Origin: Candidatus Limnocylindria bacterium
GTDB lineage: Bacteria; Chloroflexota; Limnocylindria; QHBO01
NCBI GenBank assembly: GCA_036560105.1
Contig: DATBRU010000137.1
Span: 1-41,750, forward strand
DNA: 41,750 nt
Direction of reading: 5' to 3'
Part shown: in pieces, positions 37,895 to 41,750 of the stretch
Layout of the letters: each line of letters opens with the position of its first letter
Position numbering within the stretch: position 1 is the first letter of the stretch
Notes under the pieces: model-generated
Database searches by the model: none
Told to the model about the DNA's origin: nothing
The model's input: the letters and a program-made list of their open reading frames with translations, nothing else
Translations under genes and position numbers: made by a program

Positions 37895-38419
37895 TCATCG
37901 CCGAGTTCGGCGCTCCAGCTCGTCCAGGTAGGCGGCGATCGCGGCTGTGCTGTGTCGCCGCCACAGCTCCACGTGGTCGACCGTCCGTGAGCGCGCCGGA
38001 CGCCGGAGGGTGCTGAACGCGGGAGCCAACGCGTCGCGTTGGGCGCGAATGAGGGAACGCGGCGATGCTTCCAGACGGTCAAGGAGCACGAGCTTCAGCC
38101 GGAACTCGAGGCGCATGTCGCGCAGATGGTGGACGGGGCGCTCGAGCCAGGCACCCTGAAGGCGTCGACCGGCCGGGGTGATGCGATGCACCCGACGCTG
38201 CGGGCCTGCCTCCCCTGCCTCGACGCGGGTCGGCCGAGCCAGGCCCTCGGCCACGAGGTGGTCCAGGGCCCGGTAGGCGAGCGAGCGACGCACGGTCAGG
38301 ACGCGGCCGATCGAGCCGTCGGCGGCGAGCTCACGCGCGATCGCGAAGCCGTGGGTCGGGCCCTCGGCCAGGAGGCCGAGGACGGCGTGCTCGCTGAGAG
38401 ACAGTCGCGGCTCATCCAT
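37895..38419 (-). CDS. PadR-family transcriptional regulator
   Basis: 174 aa starting at ATG 38419. PadR wHTH elements are present: LSEHAVLGLLAEGPTHGFAIAREL, YRALDHLVAEGL, and ITPAGR. It is divergent from modA. Confidence 0.8.
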   Translation of the reverse strand: MDEPRLSLSEHAVLGLLAEGPTHGFAIARELAADGSIGRVLTVRRSLAYRALDHLVAEGLARPTRVEAGEAGPQRRVHRITPAGRRLQGAWLERPVHHLRDMRLEFRLKLVLLDRLEASPRSLIRAQRDALAPAFSTLRRPARSRTVDHVELWRRHSTAAIAAYLDELERRTRR

Positions 38420-38445
38420 GCCGAGCGAGGGTAAACCACGACCCC

Positions 38446-38475
38446 TTGCGGCGGGCTGGTCCGAGTCGGTATTCT
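38446..38475 (+). promoter_or_regulatory. Candidate promoter for modABC
   Basis: TTGCGG (38446-38451) is followed by an 18-nt spacer, then TATTCT (38470-38475). It lies ~44 nt upstream of ATG 38519. This is a sequence match only. Confidence 0.25.
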
Positions 38476-38518
38476 CAATGTGACTACTCACTCGTCCCGA
38501 TCATCGGAGGCCTCCACG

Positions 38519-39340
38519 ATGTCCCGACCTCGCGTCGCCACCGGTGTGACGATCCTGTTCCTCGTGTCGGGATGCGGCACCGGGGCGTCGTCGACGGCCC
38601 CCTCCGAACCGCCGGCCTCGCTGCCTTCCTCGGACGCGGCTGAATCGGTCGCGCCGAGCCTCGAGGGCGAGCTGCTCGTCTTCGCCGCCGCATCGCTGAC
38701 CGATGCGCTGGCCGAGGTGGAGTCCGCCTTCGAGGACGCGAACCCCGGCGTCGACGTCGAGCTGAACCTTGCCGGCAGCTCGGCCCTGCGTGAGCAGATC
38801 CTCGAGGGCGCTCCCGCGGATGTCTTCATGTCGGCCAACGCCTCGAACATGGACCAGGTGATCGAGGCGGAGGAGGCGACCGAGTCCGCGATCTTCGTGA
38901 CGAACCTCCTCCAGATCGCGGTCCCGGCCGGAAACCCCGGTGGCGTCACCGGCCTCGACGACTTCGCGGACGATGCCCTGTTGATCGGCCTCTGCGCCGA
39001 GGAGGTCCCGTGTGGTGACTTTGGTCGCCAGGCATTGGAGAATGCCGGCGTGACTCCGGCCATCGACACCAACGAGCCTGACGTCCGGGCGCTGCTCACG
39101 AAGATCGCGGAAGACGAGCTTGACGCCGGCATCGTCTACGTCACCGACGTCCTCGCTCAGGACTTCGCCGATGACGTCGAGGGCATCGACATTCCGCCGG
39201 ACGACAACGTGCTGGCCGAGTACCCGATCTCGGCGCTGAGCAACGCCCCGAACCCCGACGCCGCCGCCGCGTTCGTGGCGTTCGTCCTCTCGAGCGAGGG
39301 GCAGGCGATTCTGAACGAGTACGGCTTCGGCTCCCCTTGA
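38519..39340 (+). CDS. modA: Molybdate ABC transporter substrate-binding lipoprotein ModA
   Basis: GGAGG lies 8 nt before ATG 38519. It has lipobox LVSGC and ModA-like segments VFAAASLTDAL, GSSALREQI, ADVFMSAN and IVYVTD. Confidence 0.88.
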   Translation: MSRPRVATGVTILFLVSGCGTGASSTAPSEPPASLPSSDAAESVAPSLEGELLVFAAASLTDALAEVESAFEDANPGVDVELNLAGSSALREQILEGAPADVFMSANASNMDQVIEAEEATESAIFVTNLLQIAVPAGNPGGVTGLDDFADDALLIGLCAEEVPCGDFGRQALENAGVTPAIDTNEPDVRALLTKIAEDELDAGIVYVTDVLAQDFADDVEGIDIPPDDNVLAEYPISALSNAPNPDAAAAFVAFVLSSEGQAILNEYGFGSP

Positions 39341-40149
39341 CCGAATCGGGTCAGGACGGAACCGCCTGGCGAGGACGGCCGCCCGCCGTCCTCGTCGTGC
39401 TGGCCGCGATCGGTCTTGGGATCTTCGTCCTGCCCTTCCTGGGCCTCCTCGCCCGAACGCCGTGGGGGGAGCTGGCGAGCCTGCTCACAGGGCCCCTGGT
39501 CGTCGAGGCGCTGCGCCTGTCCCTCATCAGCTCCTTGGCCGCCACCGCCATCGCCCTCGTCGTCGGGGTGCCGCTGGCGTGGGTGCTGGCACGCGTCGCC
39601 TTCCCGGGCCGCGCCTTGGTGCGAGGCCTCGTGGTCCTCCCGCTCGTCCTGCCGCCGGTCGTCGGCGGCGCGGCCCTGCTGTTCGCGCTCGGGCGACGTG
39701 GCCTCATCGGGGGTCCCGTCTATGACGCGACCGGATTGCTGCTCCCCTTCTCGATCTGGGGCGTGATCCTCGCCAGCACGTTCGTGGCGATGCCGTTCCT
39801 CGTCATCACGGTCGAGGCGGCACTCCGCAACCTCGACGCACGTTACGAGGCGGCCGCCGCGACGCTGGGGGCCGGACGCTGGACGATCATGCGCCGCGTG
39901 ACACTGCCGATGATCGCGCCGTCGCTCGCTGCCGGGCTCGTGCTCACCTGGGCCCGGGCGCTCGGAGAGTTCGGGGCGACGATCACGTTTGCCGGCAACC
40001 TCGAAGGGCGCACCCAGACGCTGCCGCTCGCGGTGTTCGTGGCGCTCGAGAGCGACCGCGACACGGCCGTCGCGCTCAGCCTCCTGATGGTCGCCGTATC
40101 GCTGACCGTGCTGATCGTCCTGCGCGACCGGTGGCTGCGCGCGTTGTGA
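39337..40149 (+). CDS. modB: Molybdate ABC transporter permease ModB
   Basis: 270 aa. The TTG start overlaps the modA stop (TTGA). It has an EAA loop (EAAAATLGAGRWTIMRRVTLP) and FAGN, which is typical of ModB/CysTW permeases. Confidence 0.9.
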   Translation: MTESGQDGTAWRGRPPAVLVVLAAIGLGIFVLPFLGLLARTPWGELASLLTGPLVVEALRLSLISSLAATAIALVVGVPLAWVLARVAFPGRALVRGLVVLPLVLPPVVGGAALLFALGRRGLIGGPVYDATGLLLPFSIWGVILASTFVAMPFLVITVEAALRNLDARYEAAAATLGAGRWTIMRRVTLPMIAPSLAAGLVLTWARALGEFGATITFAGNLEGRTQTLPLAVFVALESDRDTAVALSLLMVAVSLTVLIVLRDRWLRAL

Positions 40150-41237
40150 ACGAGCCCGGCGAGCCGGGCGGGCTCGATGCCCGCCTCGTACTGCAGCGCG
40201 GCACGTCATTCCGGCTCGACCTGTCACTCGCGATCCCGCCCGGTCGCACGGTCGCCCTGCTGGGTCCGAATGGGGCCGGCAAGTCCACTGCCGTCGCGGC
40301 TATCGCGGGGCTCCTGCGCCTCGAGAACGGCTGGATCCGCCTCGACGGTCAGACGCTCGACGAGCCCGGCGTCGGGCGATACGTGCCGCCCGAGGCGCGG
40401 CGGGTCGGCGTGGTCTTCCAGGAGTACCTGCTCTTCGGTCACCTGACCGTCGTCGAGAACATCGCGTTCGGCCCGCGCAGCCGTGGCGTCCCCCGCGATG
40501 AGGCAAGGGCCCGTGCGGCGGAATGGATCGAGCGGCTCGGGATCGACGGGAACGGCGAGCGCAAGCCGACGGACCTCTCGGGCGGGCAGGCGCAGCGGGT
40601 GGCGCTGGCGCGCGCGCTCGTGACCGAACCGAAGCTGCTGCTCCTCGACGAGCCGCTCGCGGCACTCGACGTGACGACCAGGGTCGAGCTGCGCCGGGTG
40701 CTGGCCGAGCACCTGTCCGCCTTCACCGGTCCGCGCCTCCTGATCACCCACGACCCGACCGAGGCCTTCCTCCTCGCCGATGAGATCCACGTCATCGAGG
40801 ATGGCAGCGTCACGCAGTCGGGCAGCGCGGACGAGATCCGGCGGCGGCCGCGCACCCCGTACGTGGCGGACCTGTCGGGCTCGAACCTCGTGATCGGCAC
40901 AGCCGCCGCCGGTGTCGTCGACACCGGGACGCATCGGCTCCATGTCGCCGATCACGAGATCGGCGGCCCGGTCCTTGCCGTGATCCGTGCGACCGCCGTC
41001 GCCCTGCACCTTCAACGGCCCGAGGGGAGCCCGCGCAATGCCTGGGCGACGAGGATCGTGCGCCTCGAGCACCTTGGTGACCGCGCACGCCTGCTCACCG
41101 GGGACCCGCTGCCGCTGACCGCCGAGGTCACCGAGGAGTCGGCAACGGAGCTGGCGCTGACCGTCGGCGCCGAGGTCTGGATCTCGATCAAGGCGACCGA
41201 GATCGCCGTCGAACCGTACCTGCCGCCGATCGCCTAG
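40131..41237 (+). CDS. modC: Molybdate ABC transporter ATP-binding protein ModC with a C-terminal TOBE-like domain
   Basis: Walker A GPNGAGKST, signature LSGGQAQRV and Walker B LLLDEPLAALD are present, plus a C-terminal ~120-aa beta domain. The start is GTG 40131, or GTG 40146 with a GTGA overlap with modB. Confidence 0.88.
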   Translation: MAARVVNEPGEPGGLDARLVLQRGTSFRLDLSLAIPPGRTVALLGPNGAGKSTAVAAIAGLLRLENGWIRLDGQTLDEPGVGRYVPPEARRVGVVFQEYLLFGHLTVVENIAFGPRSRGVPRDEARARAAEWIERLGIDGNGERKPTDLSGGQAQRVALARALVTEPKLLLLDEPLAALDVTTRVELRRVLAEHLSAFTGPRLLITHDPTEAFLLADEIHVIEDGSVTQSGSADEIRRRPRTPYVADLSGSNLVIGTAAAGVVDTGTHRLHVADHEIGGPVLAVIRATAVALHLQRPEGSPRNAWATRIVRLEHLGDRARLLTGDPLPLTAEVTEESATELALTVGAEVWISIKATEIAVEPYLPPIA

Positions 41238-41750
41238 TTGAAGTGCGCGGCCATGACCTGGCGGACGAGCGGGGCCGCATCGGCGCCGCCCGTGCCGAGC
41301 GGGATGTTGAGGATGACCGTCGCGACGGCGATGGTCGGGTCGTCGGCTGGAGCGTAGGCCGGGAACCAGGCATGGGGATCGGGCGCGCTGGTCTCGGCCG
41401 TCCCCGACTTGCCGGCGACGGGGATGCCGAAGCCGGCGAAGGCCGCGGTCCCGGTCCCGTAAGGGAGGGTGACGACCGCCTGCAGCGTGTCGGTGACATA
41501 GGCCAGGTTCTCCGGCGAGACCGAGACGTGCCGAATCTCGGTCGGCGGCACCTCGCGGGCCACCGTCCCGTCGGGGAGGGTGGCACGGACCACGATCCGA
41601 GGTTGCCATAGCGTCCCGCCGTTGCCGATGGCGGCGAAGGCGTTCGCCAGCTGGAGCGGCGTGCCGAGGAAGGCGCCCTGTCCGATGGCCAGCTGGACCT
41701 GCTCGAAGCCGGTGAAGCCACCGCGGCCATTGGCCGCCAACCAGGCGTCA
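41234..41750 (-). CDS. Penicillin-binding protein, transpeptidase domain C-terminus (5' part lies outside the window)
   Basis: The frame is open to the window edge. The KSGT motif is present (VAGKSGTAE), followed by PHAWF. The stop overlaps the modC stop on the opposite strand. Confidence 0.8.
   Translation of the reverse strand, partial: DAWLAANGRGGFTGFEQVQLAIGQGAFLGTPLQLANAFAAIGNGGTLWQPRIVVRATLPDGTVAREVPPTEIRHVSVSPENLAYVTDTLQAVVTLPYGTGTAAFAGFGIPVAGKSGTAETSAPDPHAWFPAYAPADDPTIAVATVILNIPLGTGGADAAPLVRQVMAAHFN

Overview
The window is about 70% GC and densely coding. I found no rRNA, tRNA, CRISPR array or mobile element. By gene content and style it looks like an actinobacterial or Chloroflexi-like chromosome, but the taxon cannot be proven from the sequence. 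From left to right the content is as follows. (1) Transport and amino-acid genes: an NfeD fragment, an aminotransferase, EamA, AzlCD, an MFS transporter and proline dehydrogenase. (2) An 8-kb co-linear phosphate block: DUF47-Pit, pstSCAB, phoU, and an OmpR-type response regulator with its histidine kinase. (3) A prolyl oligopeptidase and a MarR regulator. (4) A complete System I cytochrome c maturation operon, ccmABCDEFGHI, on the minus strand, with nearly every gene junction overlapping. (5) A small redox island: an amicyanin-like cupredoxin lipoprotein, an HxlR regulator coupled to a GAF/fRMsr protein, and an ECF sigma factor coupled to a membrane protein carrying an exported Rieske [2Fe-2S] domain. 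(6) An aspartate aminotransferase with a 2-hydroxyacid dehydrogenase, an IscA/HesB protein, a GbsR/MarR-like regulator and a long class II aldolase. (7) A minus-strand Rieske/cytochrome b operon with a split b6-type cytochrome b, whose first gene is a GltD-like NAD(P)H/FAD/Fe-S protein fused to a ferredoxin domain. (8) A PadR regulator, modABC and the 3' end of a penicillin-binding protein. The most interesting candidates are the flavoprotein-coupled Rieske/cyt b6 module (31847-37629) and the ECF sigma/Rieske-domain pair (24508-25819). Many long ORFs in the track are Arg/Pro/Gly-rich off-frame or antisense artefacts of high-GC DNA and were rejected. Start codons are often GTG or TTG, so several 5' ends are uncertain.
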